From Macrostomum lignano (taxonomy: Eukaryota), in NCBI GenBank assembly GCA_002269645.1, contig NIVC01000342.1:1-64000 (forward strand): 64,000 nt of DNA. The letters run 5' to 3'. This document shows positions 9,801 to 20,485 of the stretch, piece after piece. Below the pieces are notes generated by a model that had not been told where the DNA came from, made no database searches, and saw only the letters and a program-made list of their open reading frames with translations. Numbering within the stretch: the stretch's first letter is position 1; each line of letters begins with the position of its first letter. Both the position numbers and the translations under genes were made by a program.

Positions 9801-12800
9801 CACAATAAATTTCCACACAAACACATTCATTTGAGGGTATTGTGCACGAAAAACTGGTCAGGAGGTTGTCATGCAATTTTGTGCTTCATAAAACTGTCAC
9901 TCAAAGGAGGCTGACATCGGCATCGGGCCGATCTCCATCTCATCGGAGCGGCGCCGCTCCGTGGACATGACGCTGCCGTGCTACGATTTTGTCGGCCTAC
10001 AGCTGCTGGTGGCGGCGCCCGATTCGAGTGCCAACTCTGTCAGCTTCAATGATGGCTTCTTATTTGCCAGGGCTCTGCGGCCGGAGCTCTGGGCCTGCCT
10101 GGGCGCAGCCCTGCTGACCACGGCGCTTCTGGTGACTCTATTCGACCGGTTCAGCCCCTGCAGCTTCCGCAATCGCCCCCCGCCACCGAGTAATGAAGTC
10201 TCAGAATCCGGTGGAAAAGTGAGTTGTTGAAGCCTTTGTGTTGTGAATGAGGCAGAGTTTTTAGCTTCCTCTCCGGACCCGGACTCGTGTCTGGACCTTC
10301 GGGCATCGGCCTACAGGAGTACCATGTGGAGTCTATTGAATCATAACTAACTTAGAAGCAAGGACTTCTAGACTAACTTCTGACATTCTAGTCTAGAAGT
10401 CCTTGCTTAGAAGCAGACAACTATCACAGAAGCAGATAACTAACACAGAAGCAGACAACTAACACAGAAGCAGATAACTAACACAGAAGCAGACAACTAA
10501 CACAGAAGCAGACAACTAACACAGAAGCAGACAACTAACACAGAAGCAGACAACTAACACAGAAGCAGACAACTAACACAGAAGCAGATAACACAGAAGC
10601 AGATAACTAACACAGAAGCAGACAACTATCACAGAAGCAGACAACTAACACAGAAGCAGACAACTAACACAGAAGCAGATAACTAACACAGAAGCAGACA
10701 ACTAACACAGAAGCAGACAACTAACACAGAAGCAGACAACACAGAAGCAGATAACACAGAAGCAGATTGAAAGTCAAAGAAGGTCAAAAGCGGGAACTCC
10801 GAACTGCAGGTATTCAGCATCGGGGAGAGTCTCTGGTACTCTTTGGGCGCATTGACCCAAGCCGGGGACAGCTTCGACCCGCGAGCGCCTTCGGCAAGAC
10901 TCATTGTTGCCGGGTTTTGGCTTCTGTGCTGCATCATGCACGCCCTGTACACAGCCAATCTGGCAGCTTTGCTCACCGCCTCGCAGCTAACAGCGTCATC
11001 TGTGACAACCCTGAGGCGATTAGCAGCTCAAACTGATATTAAGGTGCGTTAAGCTCCCACTGTTTCTTGACCTACCATTTCCCTACTTGCTTAGCATCAT
11101 AAATTTACTTCAATTCACCCGTATTCTCAGTACACGGTCCAGAGGAACACAATAGGACACGACTTCTTTGAGCGCATGGCTGACATCGAGTCGAAATTTT
11201 TCAACATCTGGCGGAGTTCAATCGAAGATAATGGTGAGCTTTCTTATCACTGTTGATTCTCTTCAAAAAAGGGACCTCAACCTTCAAGTGTTACTACAAT
11301 AGTGTATTTTTGATTGTCTGTCTATTTGAACTCCATTCAACTGTCTCAGCTGGATAGTTGTTGCGAAATGGTTGTGGCCACCCTGACTCAACGCCTTTAG
11401 TAACGCCTCTCCAGGCAACGGAGCACCTCTAACACACGGAGCTGCAGTGTGGGAATACCCGATCGAAGAGCGCTTCACCAGGATGCTCGGCCGCATGAAG
11501 GAGTGGGGCCTGGCAAACAGCACACAGGAGGCTGTGTCCTTGGCCCGTACCGGCTCCTGGGCCGTGTTCATGGACACTCCCTTGGCCAGATACTATGCCA
11601 GTCGCGATTGCCGCTTACGCACAGTTGGCGAGGCCCTGAGCTCGCGTCCGTATGGAATAGTTCTACAGAAAGGCTCGCTATTAACCAAGAAGTTCGACAT
11701 GGCGTATGTTCTGTCATTGGACTGGGATCAGTTACTCAGCAACAGTCAAAAGTTTCACCCTCCAAGCGAGATTAATTTTTCTCACTTATTGCGAGTGACG
11801 CAACTTACAGCACGCGAGAATTGAAAGAACAACTACAGCTGCGCACTTTGCGCTGGCCTCCCCGGTCCTCAGACATGAATCCCATCGAGCATGTGTGGGA
11901 CTTCCTAAAATGCAGCATTCGAAAAGAGAATTCAACACAGAATGTTGCGGAGCTGCGTCATGCCATTGAAAACGCTTGGCAGCAGCTTCCCCTGGGGATG
12001 CCCCGCAGAGTCGCCGCACTTCTGCATGCGAGGGGATCTCACACGGGTTATTAAGCATTGAGATTCCAACTGCATATTGCATAACAAATACGTTTAAAAG
12101 ACGTTTATTACTGATTCAATCAACTTTCCCTTCATCGCGGCGGCTTTGTTGCATAACTTGAGAGTCGAATTGTGAGTGAGAAGTTGTCGCAATAATTGAG
12201 AAAATTTTCATCTCGCTTGGAGGGTGGAACTCAGGACTGTTGCTGAGTATAAATTAAGCTTCCTGCAAAGAGTCAGATTGGCTTTTTCATTTCAAACTGA
12301 TCGCTCTTAAAACTTGCTTAATGCGTTTCAGAATCCTCCAGATGCAGCAGGATCGAACGCTGGAGACACTAAAAATGCAGTGGTGGAACAGCGTCGGCGA
12401 AGTCAATTGTCCAGCTGATGCCAGGTCAATTGGTAAGCATGGAAATCAAGTGCTAGGCCTGATTGATCATGTCGAGTTCTTATCTAGTGTCATGTCAACT
12501 GTGATGCTACCCTGGCGCAGTTTAAGCGACATTGTTCCACAACCGGCGAGAGGCATTACTGCCCATTTCGCCGACTCCCCTGAGCAGGCACAAAAGCGCG
12601 CATACGTACGCAGTCACACGCACAGGCACACACCCACACAGGAGTGTACAGCGGCCCTAACTTTATGTATCGTTAAGCATGTACACTTCCCTGTGCCTTG
12701 GGGGTTGGCCCTCAGGGTCGTTAATTGCACGAGCAGAGCCAAGCCGAGATTCCAATTTAGCCCCATACTAATGTGACTGCACTTGGAATCGAGCCTGGGC

Positions 12801-13096
12801 CGCTGGTATGCAACCACGACACGACGCGACGCGACACGTTGACTCCCGTTTGCATGCACCAAGCAACATTTTAAAGACTAGGCCAAGATTAGCCCTCATT
12901 TCCTCACGTTCGATTCCAACCTCTGATTGGCAAAACCTCAACCGCAGGTCTGAAGCTCAGCTCCATCAGCGGCATCTTTGTGCTGCCCATTCTCGGCGTC
13001 TGCCTGGGCTTTCTGGCTCTGCTGGCCGAACTGACCATGCGACGGATTCAGCGATGCCAGCAGACTGCCGCTGAGGTGGCTCGCCTTCAGCCATAG
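6888..13096 (+). CDS. Ir25a: IR25a/IR8a-like ionotropic (glutamate-receptor family) receptor; exons 6888-6974, 7049-7099, 7788-7934, 9907-10218, 10810-11043, 11131-11233, 11415-11703, 12332-12432, 12948-13096 (alternative last exon 13322-13336)
   Basis: All junctions GT-AG and phase-consistent (1473 nt). S1 FRVLALLEPPFV...EADIGIGPISISSERRRSVDMTLPCYDFVG; M1 ...LFDRFSP; pore LWYSLGALTQAG; M3 LYTANLAALLT; S2 FFERMADIESKFFNIW...AVWEYPIEERFTRM...SSRPYGIVLQKGS; M4 GIFVLPILGVCLGFLALLAEL. The PxYDxVG and AVWxYP segments are recalled IR25a hallmarks. Confidence 0.88.
7184..7742. repeat. 20 bp minisatellite, about 27 copies (intronic)
   Basis: Unit GGAGCTTACTGTAAAGAGTT. Confidence 0.97.
8058..9401. 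mobile_element. hAT (Charlie-like) non-autonomous element / MITE
   Basis: TIRs CAGGGGTCGGCAAACT (8058) and AGTTTGCCAACCCCTG (ending 9401). Degenerate 8-bp TSD GTCTATGG / GCCTGTGG. Subterminal CCGGCCC motifs at both ends. Confidence 0.8.
8185..9290. repeat. (CTCCT)n pentanucleotide microsatellite inside the hAT element
   Basis: About 1.1 kb of CTCCT with CTCTT variants. Confidence 0.98.
9620..9795 (-). mobile_element. tRNA-derived SINE remnant with a CORE-like central domain
   Basis: Minus strand: B-box-like GGTTCGATTC, then TGTGTCCTTATGCAAGACACTTAAC...CAGCTGTAAAATGGG, resembling the MIR/CORE-type consensus as recalled. A-box missing. Confidence 0.55.
10410..10766. repeat. 19 bp minisatellite, about 18 copies (intronic)
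   Basis: Unit AGAAGCAGACAACTAACAC. Confidence 0.97.
11735..12247 (+). mobile_element. Tc1/mariner internal-deletion derivative with TIRs, TA TSD and a transposase C-terminal fragment (11821-12054)
   Basis: TA|CTCAGCAACAGTC...CACCCTCCAAGCGAGAT... and its inverted copy ending ...GACTGTTGCTGAG|TA (about 58 bp TIRs). Peptide WPPRSSDMNPIEHVWD...ELRHAIENAW...MPRRVAALLHARGSHTGY. Confidence 0.92.
12505..12840. mobile_element. Unclassified dispersed repeat, copy 2 (intronic)
   Basis: Homologous blocks shared with 3693-3990; ends in a (CGACG/CGACA)n stretch. Confidence 0.55.
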
Positions 13097-14446
13097 CGAT
13101 GCGATTAACCACAGTCGGACTTGCTACTCACAGTAGCATGCTAAGCAACAATTTTTAGAAACTACAAAGCTAATTTATTATCAGAAGCCATCAAATAAGC
13201 ACCGAGGCCTGCGCTAACAAAATAACAGAATTCCATTTTGGCACCGTTGCGTGCTTGATGGCGGTTTTCGTTACTATCGCCTAATTCTTTGTTCTCTTTC
13301 TCCATTGTTTTTCTATTGCAGGGGTTGCCTTATTAGGGCTTGAAGCTGCCTAACCATAAATTGCATTTTCTTGCAACTGGGCGGGCGATAGGGCTCAACC
13401 TTGAGAGCTTGGGCGTTTGAATTCGGTACGTTAGTTGGAGGGCGGTTTGGTAATCTGACTTTTTTGTCACACCAGGAAAGCTTTTTTCTTCAACTGGACG
13501 ATTTTCGCACCTCGCAATAAACATAAAACAGACTCGTACGACGGGTCGTAAAGCTTCAGATGGAGAGCAAACCGGTTTCAGAACGGCAACTTGAGTTGCC
13601 AAGGAAACTGCGCTTGAAAATAGGAAAACTCGATCGCTTATTTAGAGACTAAAAGTGAAAGTTAGTTGGTCCTTCTCGTATTGGGTCTCCCGCGCGACAC
13701 CGTGGGAGCTCCTCTCGCTGAAGGGGGTCCTGAGAGAGATTGGCCTGAACAGGGCTTGAAGTCTCCCATTGCTTGAGAAAAAAGTGAAATAAAGAGATGA
13801 TGACGAGTTTTAGTCGGTGTTGGCAAACCTGGGAAGCCCCTGTCTTCGTTGCCGCCATAAGGCCGCAGCTCAGCCCTCTCTCTCTCTCCTGTCCCACCTC
13901 AACTGGAAAACGTGCCTCACCGCCTGAATTACCCACCCCCTACCCTCTAAATGCTGGGGTCTCGAATTTCTCTTCAAAACGATGAGGCGCGTGATGCTGG
14001 CCCTAGCCGCATTTAGTCGGAGAATCAGCACGCGCAGACTAACGATCGTCGCTCCTGTTATTGAGCATATACGGCACCTGGAGCCCATGAGCCTGCTAGA
14101 ATTATTATTATTATTCTCGGCAGAGGAATTCCTCTCTCTCTCACTTGGGGCGACTCGGCAGACACTCTGGCGCCAGCTGGGGCCGGCCAACCCCCTCCGC
14201 CCCGAGCTTCGGCCGCAATGATATAGACAGATACACGGAGACAATGGCCCGGCAGACGCGGAGCTGCCTAAATTGACAGGGGGACAGACAGAGAAAAATA
14301 GAGAAACCGCTCGCTGCTTTTGCGTATCCTGTGACGACACAGCAGCTTATATCTCAATAACATTTCTGCTCGTCTCGATTCACATTTATCCTGAATTATA
14401 TTCGCTGAAGAGAATCGATAGAAACTGCCACAGTTTAGTTTGCTCA

Positions 14447-17400
14447 ATGGCTAAACTTCCACTCCTGCTTTCCCTACTCATTCCACTGCTGAGTCTTCTT
14501 CTCCTCACTCGGTCCGTGCTGACGTCACCGACAGCGTCGCGCCCGCGGCCTCGGAACGATCCGTTGAACAGCTTGGCCAAGCTGCTTGGCATCAAGAAGG
14601 TGCCAGCACACCTGCGAAGCAGCACCGCGGCGCCGCTGTTCCTGCGTCGATTGTACGACTCGGTGTCGGAGAGGGACGGCCGGGCCGTCCGGGCGGTGCC
14701 GTATCATTCGGACTCGGTGGTGGCCTACGCTGACTGGGGTGAGCTTGGGGCACCTGTCTGACTATGAGATTGTGGCACCTGTCTGACTGTGAGCTTGTGG
14801 CACCTGTCTGACTGTGAGCTTGTGGCACCTGTCTGACTGTGAGCTTGTGGCACCTGTCTGACTGTGAGCTTGTGGCACCTGTCTGACTGTGAGATTGTGG
14901 CACCTGTCTGACTGTGAGATTGTGGCACCTGTCTGACTGTGAGCTTGTGGCACCTGTCTGACTGTGAGATTGTGGCACCTGTCTGACTGTGAGCTTGTGG
15001 CACCTGTCTGACTGTGAGCTTGTGGCACCTGTCTGACTGTGAGCTTGTGGCACCTGTCTGACTGTGAGCTTGTGGCACCTGTCTGACTGTGAGCTTGTGG
15101 CACCTGTCTGACTGTGAGCTTGTGGCACCTGTCTGACTGTGAGCTTGTGGCACCTGTCTGACTGTGAGCTTGTGGCACCTGTCTGACTGTGAGATTGTGG
15201 CACCTGTCTGACTGTGAGCTTGTGGCACCTGTCTGACTGTGAGCTTGTGGCACCTGTCTGACTGTGAGCTTGTGGCACCTGTCTGACTGTGAGCTTGTGG
15301 CACCTGTCTGACTGTGAGATTGTGGCACCTGTCTGACTGTGAGATTGCACCTGTCTGACTGTGAGATTGTGGCACCTGTCTGGCTGTGAGATTGCACCTG
15401 TCTGATTGTGAGATTGCACCTGTCTGATTGTGAGATTGCACCTGTCTGATTGTGAGATTGCACCTGTCTGATTGTGAGATTGCACCTGTGATTCTGAGAT
15501 CGCACCTGTCTGACTGAGATTGCACCTGTCTGACTGAGATTGCACCTGTCTGATTGTGAGATTGCACCTGTGATTCTGAGATTGCACCTGTCTGACATGA
15601 GATTAGGGTGCTGTCTCTATGCGGTTTTTGTCCATTGGTTCGATTTCCGTGAGCGCCCCTATGGCCGTTTTAATTGCCATGATTCAATGATTTTATAATT
15701 GCCACGTCCCAAAATTTTGTATCTCCCGCAGCGCCAGGGAGTCAGACTTTCTACTCGTACAACCTCACCAGACTGCCTTACCAGAGTGACATCCGGTATG
15801 CCGACTTGCACCTGTTCAGAGCGCCTTCCGTCCGTTCCAGGCGGCATCGTCGTGAGGCGCCCGCGCAGCGTCCGCCGCCATCTAGAATTATCAAGGTGAA
15901 GCTTCTGTGGCGTTGTTAATCAGGATTCTGCGAATCAGAATTGTGTGAATTGGGATTCTGTGAATTGGGATTCTGTGAATTGGGATTCTGTGAATTAGGA
16001 TTCTGTGAATTGGGATTCTGTGAATTTGGATTCTGTGAATTAGGATTCTGTGAATTAGGATTCTGTGAATTAGGATTCTGCGAATCAGAATTGTGTGAAT
16101 TGGGATTCTGTGAATTGGGATTCTGTGAATTGGGATTCTGTGAATTGGGATTCTGTGAATTAGGATTCTGTGAATTAGGATTCTGTGAATTGGGATTCTG
16201 TGAATTGGGATTCTGTGAATTGGGATTCTGTGAATTAGGATTCTGTGAATTAGGATTCTGTGAATTAGGATTCTGTGAATTGGGATTCTGTGAATTAGGA
16301 TTCTGTGAATTAGGATTCTGTGAATTAGGATTCTGTGAATTAGGATTCTGTGAATTAGGATTCTGTGAATTAGGATTCTGTGAATTGGGATTCTGTGAAT
16401 TGGGATTCTGTGAATTAGGATTCTGTGAATTAGGATTCTGTGAATTAGGATTCTGTGAATTGGGATTCTGTGAATTACGATTCTGTGAATTGGGATTCTG
16501 TGAATTGGGATTCTGTGAATTGGGATTCTGTGAATTAGAATTCTGTGAATTAGGATTCTGTGAATTAGGATTCTGTGAATTGGGATTCTGTGAATTGGGA
16601 TTCTGTGAATTAGGATTCTGTGAACTAGGATTCTGTGAATTTGGATTCTGTGAATAGGGATTCTGTGAATTAGGATTCTGTGAATTAGGATTCTGTGAAT
16701 TAGGATTCTGGGAATTGGGATTCTGTGAATTATGATTCTGTGAATTGGGATTCTGTGAATTAGCCTTCTGTGAACTAGGATTCTGTGAATTAGGACTCTG
16801 TGAATCTGGATTCTGTGAATTAGGATTCTGTGAAATAGGGTTCTGTGAATCGAAATTCCGTGAAAAGGGTTCTATGAATCAGGATTCTGTGAATTTGAAT
16901 TCTGTGAATCGTGGTTCTGCGAATCAGGACTCTGTCAATCTGGATTCTGTAAACTGGAACTCTGTGAATCAAGATTCTGTGAATTGGGCTTTTGTGAATC
17001 GGGATTCTGTAAGCCAGGATTCTTTGATCTGGGATCCTGTGAATCGGGGATATGGAATCTGTGATGTGTGAATTTCGGATATAGCCTTAGACACTTCTTT
17101 GATAGCTGTGTATTGGGTATGAATGTGACTCATTATACTTATGTAACAGTTCAGCTCTATCTGGTTCTGTGAACAAAACGGATTATGTGAATTTGTTGCT
17201 CTGGGAGGCTTTTCCGGAATCTATACAATAACTTTTCTTATCAGTATCTCCATGTAAAATGTGAATTTATGCCTCACCGTTTCCAGTTGAAACTGTACCA
17301 GGTAACAGATCCTAGGCGCCGCAGCACACCTTACGGCAACATCCTGCTTTCGCAGAAGCTGCTGCCCGTCGATTACCGCGGCTGGGTTGTGTTCCAGGTC

Positions 17401-18982
17401 AGCCAGGCCGCATTGAGCTGGTTGGAGTCCTCGGGCGGCTCGAATCACGGTGAGTCTGTTTGCTGCCTTCAAGAACTCTGATTGGCTGGCAGCGGAGGGG
17501 GTTGGTGCAGACTGGGGTAGGGGGGTTGAAAAGCTCCGGTATTCGAACTCTGATTGGCTGGCATGCGGAGGGGGTTGGTGCAGTCTGAGGTAGGGGGGGT
17601 TGAAAAGCTCCGGTACTCGAACTCTGATTGGTTGGCAGCGGAAGGGTGGGTGCAGTCTGAGGTAGGGGGGGTTGAAAAGCTCCGGTACTCGAACGCTGAT
17701 TGGCTGGCAGCGAAGGGGGTGTTGTTTCAGGGCTAACTGATAAGCCAAAGTGTCACGCCACGAACCCCGGAATCCCGTAGGTCTCGCCGTATTTGCCTAC
17801 TACGCGAATGGCGACCCGGTCCCGCCCAGCCGGCTCGGCTTCGTCCAGCGCGGCGAGAATCGGGACGTCCTGCAGCCGGCGCTGATGGTGTACGCTTCCG
17901 ATGGCGAGAGAAAGCATAACCGGCCCGAACTAGGTGAGCCCAGGTCTTGATTGGATCAGGGTTGGGTCAGTGTTGGGTGAAGGTTTCTTTAAGGCTGGGT
18001 CAGGGTCAGGGTTGGGTCAGGGTTGGGTCAGAGTTGGGTCAGGGTTGGGTCAGGGTTGGGTCAGGGTTTGGTCAGGATTGGGTCAGGGTTGGGTCAGGGT
18101 TGGGTCAGGGTTGAGTCATGGTTTCATTAGGGCTGCGTCAGGGTTGGATCAAGGTTGAATCGGGTTTGGGTCAAGGTTGAGTCACGTTTGGGTCAGACTT
18201 GGGTCAGAGTTGAGTCACGTTTGGGTCAGACTTGGGTCAGAGTTGAATCAGGGTTGGGCAGGTTTGGGTGAGTTTTGGGTCAAAGTTCCATTTTAAGTCT
18301 GGATGTCAGGATCAAGGCTAGGTCAGAGTTTGGTCACGGTCCCATTTAGTTTGGGTCAATACTTGGTCAGGGGTTGGGTCAAGTTTATTAGAGTTCGTTC
18401 AGGGTTGGCTCAGTTTTGGGTCAAATTTAGGTCAGGGATTTTGCATAAAACCCGCACACCTCAAACGACACCTGCGCAGAGAACAACTCCTTCAACCGAG
18501 CATTTGACTCGTTCGACCCGAATCGCTACGCCAGCGTCTACAGCGGCGGCTTCGCCATCCCGTCCAGTCGCCATCGGCGAAGTCGCCGCTCAGTCGGCAC
18601 CGCAGAATCTGCCGCCGCCGCCGCCAGTTCCGAGTCGGCGACTTCTCCGATGCACAGCGTGAGCTGCCGGCGCTACCCCATGCAGGTGGACTTCGCCACG
18701 GTCGGCTGGGACGAGTGGATCATCGGGCCGTCGGGCTTCAACGCCTTCTTCTGCAGCGGGCAGTGCCCGTTCCCGCTGGGCCAGCAGTTCCACCCCAGCA
18801 ACCACGCGGTGGTGCAGAGCATCATGAACCACCTGGGCCCCATCATCAGCAGCCCGGTGCCGAAGCCCTGCTGCGTCCCCAGCAAGCTGGACGTTCTCAA
18901 CATGCTGTACTATGACGACAACGAGCGAGTGGTGCTGAAGCAGTACGACGACATGGTGGCGCTGGCATGCGGCTGCCAGTGA
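14447..18982 (+). CDS. admp: ADMP-type BMP/TGF-beta ligand, 424 aa; exons 14447-14738, 15732-15895, 17287-17449, 17781-17933, 18480-18982
   Basis: Signal peptide MAKLPLLLSLLIPLLSLLLL; prodomain PLFLRRLYDSV, FYSYNLTRLP...ADLHLFR, GWVVFQVSQA, QPALMVY; furin site RHRRSRR; 7-Cys mature domain with ADMP-like PFPLGQ...NHAVVQSI and VVLKQYDDMVALACGC. Phases consistent (1275 nt). Confidence 0.9.
14739..15596. repeat. 25 bp minisatellite grading into a 22 bp variant; fills ADMP intron 1 from the splice donor
   Basis: Unit GTGAGCTTGTGGCACCTGTCTGACT, later GTGAGATTGCACCTGTCTGATT. Confidence 0.98.
15925..17070. repeat. 15 bp minisatellite in ADMP intron 2, degenerating toward the 3' end
   Basis: Unit TGTGAATT(A/G)GGATTC. 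Confidence 0.98.
17473..17712. repeat. 72-74 bp tandem repeat, about 3.5 copies, in ADMP intron 3
   Basis: CTGATTGG recurs at 17478, 17550, 17624 and 17696. Confidence 0.92.
17955..18435. repeat. 11 bp G-rich repeat in ADMP intron 4
   Basis: Unit GGGTTGGGTCA. Confidence 0.93.
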
Positions 18983-19149
18983 GGCTGAGTGTCTGTCAGC
19001 ATCTGATGCCTTATTTGTAGCTGTTTTGTAATGCTCCGGTTTTGTGTCATCGAGTTCGCCTTTGACTTGATTGAGCGGCCTTTTTAAAAAATGTCTTCGA
19101 AAATTATGGGTTCATGTGGGGGCTGCGACAGCGGCATTGGATTGGAACT

Positions 19150-19830
19150 TTTAGAATCTGCTTCCAGAACCTGCTTCTTCCAGAATCTGCTTCTTATAGA
19201 ATCTGCTTCTTTTAGAATCTGCTTCTTATAGAATCTGCTTCTTTTAGAATCTGCTTCTTATAGAATCTGCTTCTTTTAGAATCTGCTTCTTTTAGAATCT
19301 GCTTCTTCAAGAATCTGCTTCTAGAATCTGCTTCTTCCAGAATCTGCTTCTTCCAGAATCTGCTTCTTCCAGAATCTACTTCTTCCAGAATCTGCTTCTT
19401 CCAGAATCTGCTTCTTCCAGAATCTGCTTCTTCCAGAATCTGCTTCCAGAATCTGCTTCTTCCAGAATCTGCTTCTTCCAGAATCTGCTTCTAGAATCTG
19501 CTTCTTCCAGAATCTGCTTCTTCCAGAATCTGCTTCTTCCAGAATCTGCTTCTTCCAGAATCTACTTCTTCCAGAATCTGCTTCTTCCAGAATCTGCTTC
19601 TTCCAGAATCTGCTTCTTCCAGAATCTGCTCTTCCAGAATCTGCTTCTTCCAGAATCTACTTCTTAGAGAATCTGCTCTTCCAGAATCTGCTTCTTCCAG
19701 AATCTGCTTCTTCCAGAATCTGCTTCTTCCAGAATCTGCTTCTTCCAGAATCTGCTTCTTCCAGAATCTGCTTCTTCCAGAATCTGCTCTTCCAGAATCT
19801 GCTTCTTCCAGAATCTACTTCTTAGAGAAT
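19150..19830. repeat. 16 bp minisatellite just downstream of the ADMP stop (possibly in the 3' UTR; AATAAA at 19856)
   Basis: Unit AGAATCTGCTTCTTCC. Confidence 0.97.
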
Positions 19831-20485
19831 CTTTATTTAAAGTTGATTCTTCCAGAATAAAAGTTTTCCAGAATCTTCTTCTGCAAGAACACGTTTTTGT
19901 CAGAATCTTCTGTCAGGATATTCTGGAATCTGATTCTTTCAGAATCTACTTTTTCCAAAATTTACTTTTTCAAGAATCCGCTTTTCTTAGAAATTGCTCC
20001 TGCCAGAATGGGGACTTCCTGCAGGATGTTACAGTTTTCATATTCAATTTGTCACTTTATAAAAATTTGTCTTTGCGCAAAAGACGGCTTTGTTTTCGGC
20101 AGAAAAATTCATTTTGAAACTGTATTTCACAGTGTCACAGACATACTGTCAGATCATTTCACTGTCACGCTTCTAATCTGAGCTGTCTTCCTACTTTCAA
20201 TTATTTGCCTCATTTTTGCTACTCAAATTCTGCACACCAAAGCGAAAGTTTGTGGTACTTCGATTCGCACAGCTTTTCTCTGAGTTCTAATTTTGAGTTT
20301 TTGCTTTTTGTAGGCTCGTGTAAAATACAAACTGAGCACCGTTTTTGATGCTGTAACTGTTCTATCATTGCGCTGACTGCACTGCACTACTTGCAGTCTA
20401 ATGGAAAAGTAGTATCTACAGCTTTTCTGCTGAATACTGCTTGAAAACTTATAAAATTTCGAATAACATTATTACTCGCGTACTT

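Noticed and set aside
14744-14765. Canonical BMP silencer element GRCGNC(N5)GTCT in the ADMP intron-1 unit
   Set aside because: The unit has GGCACC-T-GTCT: a mismatch in the GC box and spacing of 1 rather than 5.
15941-16657. 238-aa (CELGF)n Cys-rich ORF
   Set aside because: Translation of a 15 bp intronic minisatellite inside ADMP intron 2; no credible start or splice context.
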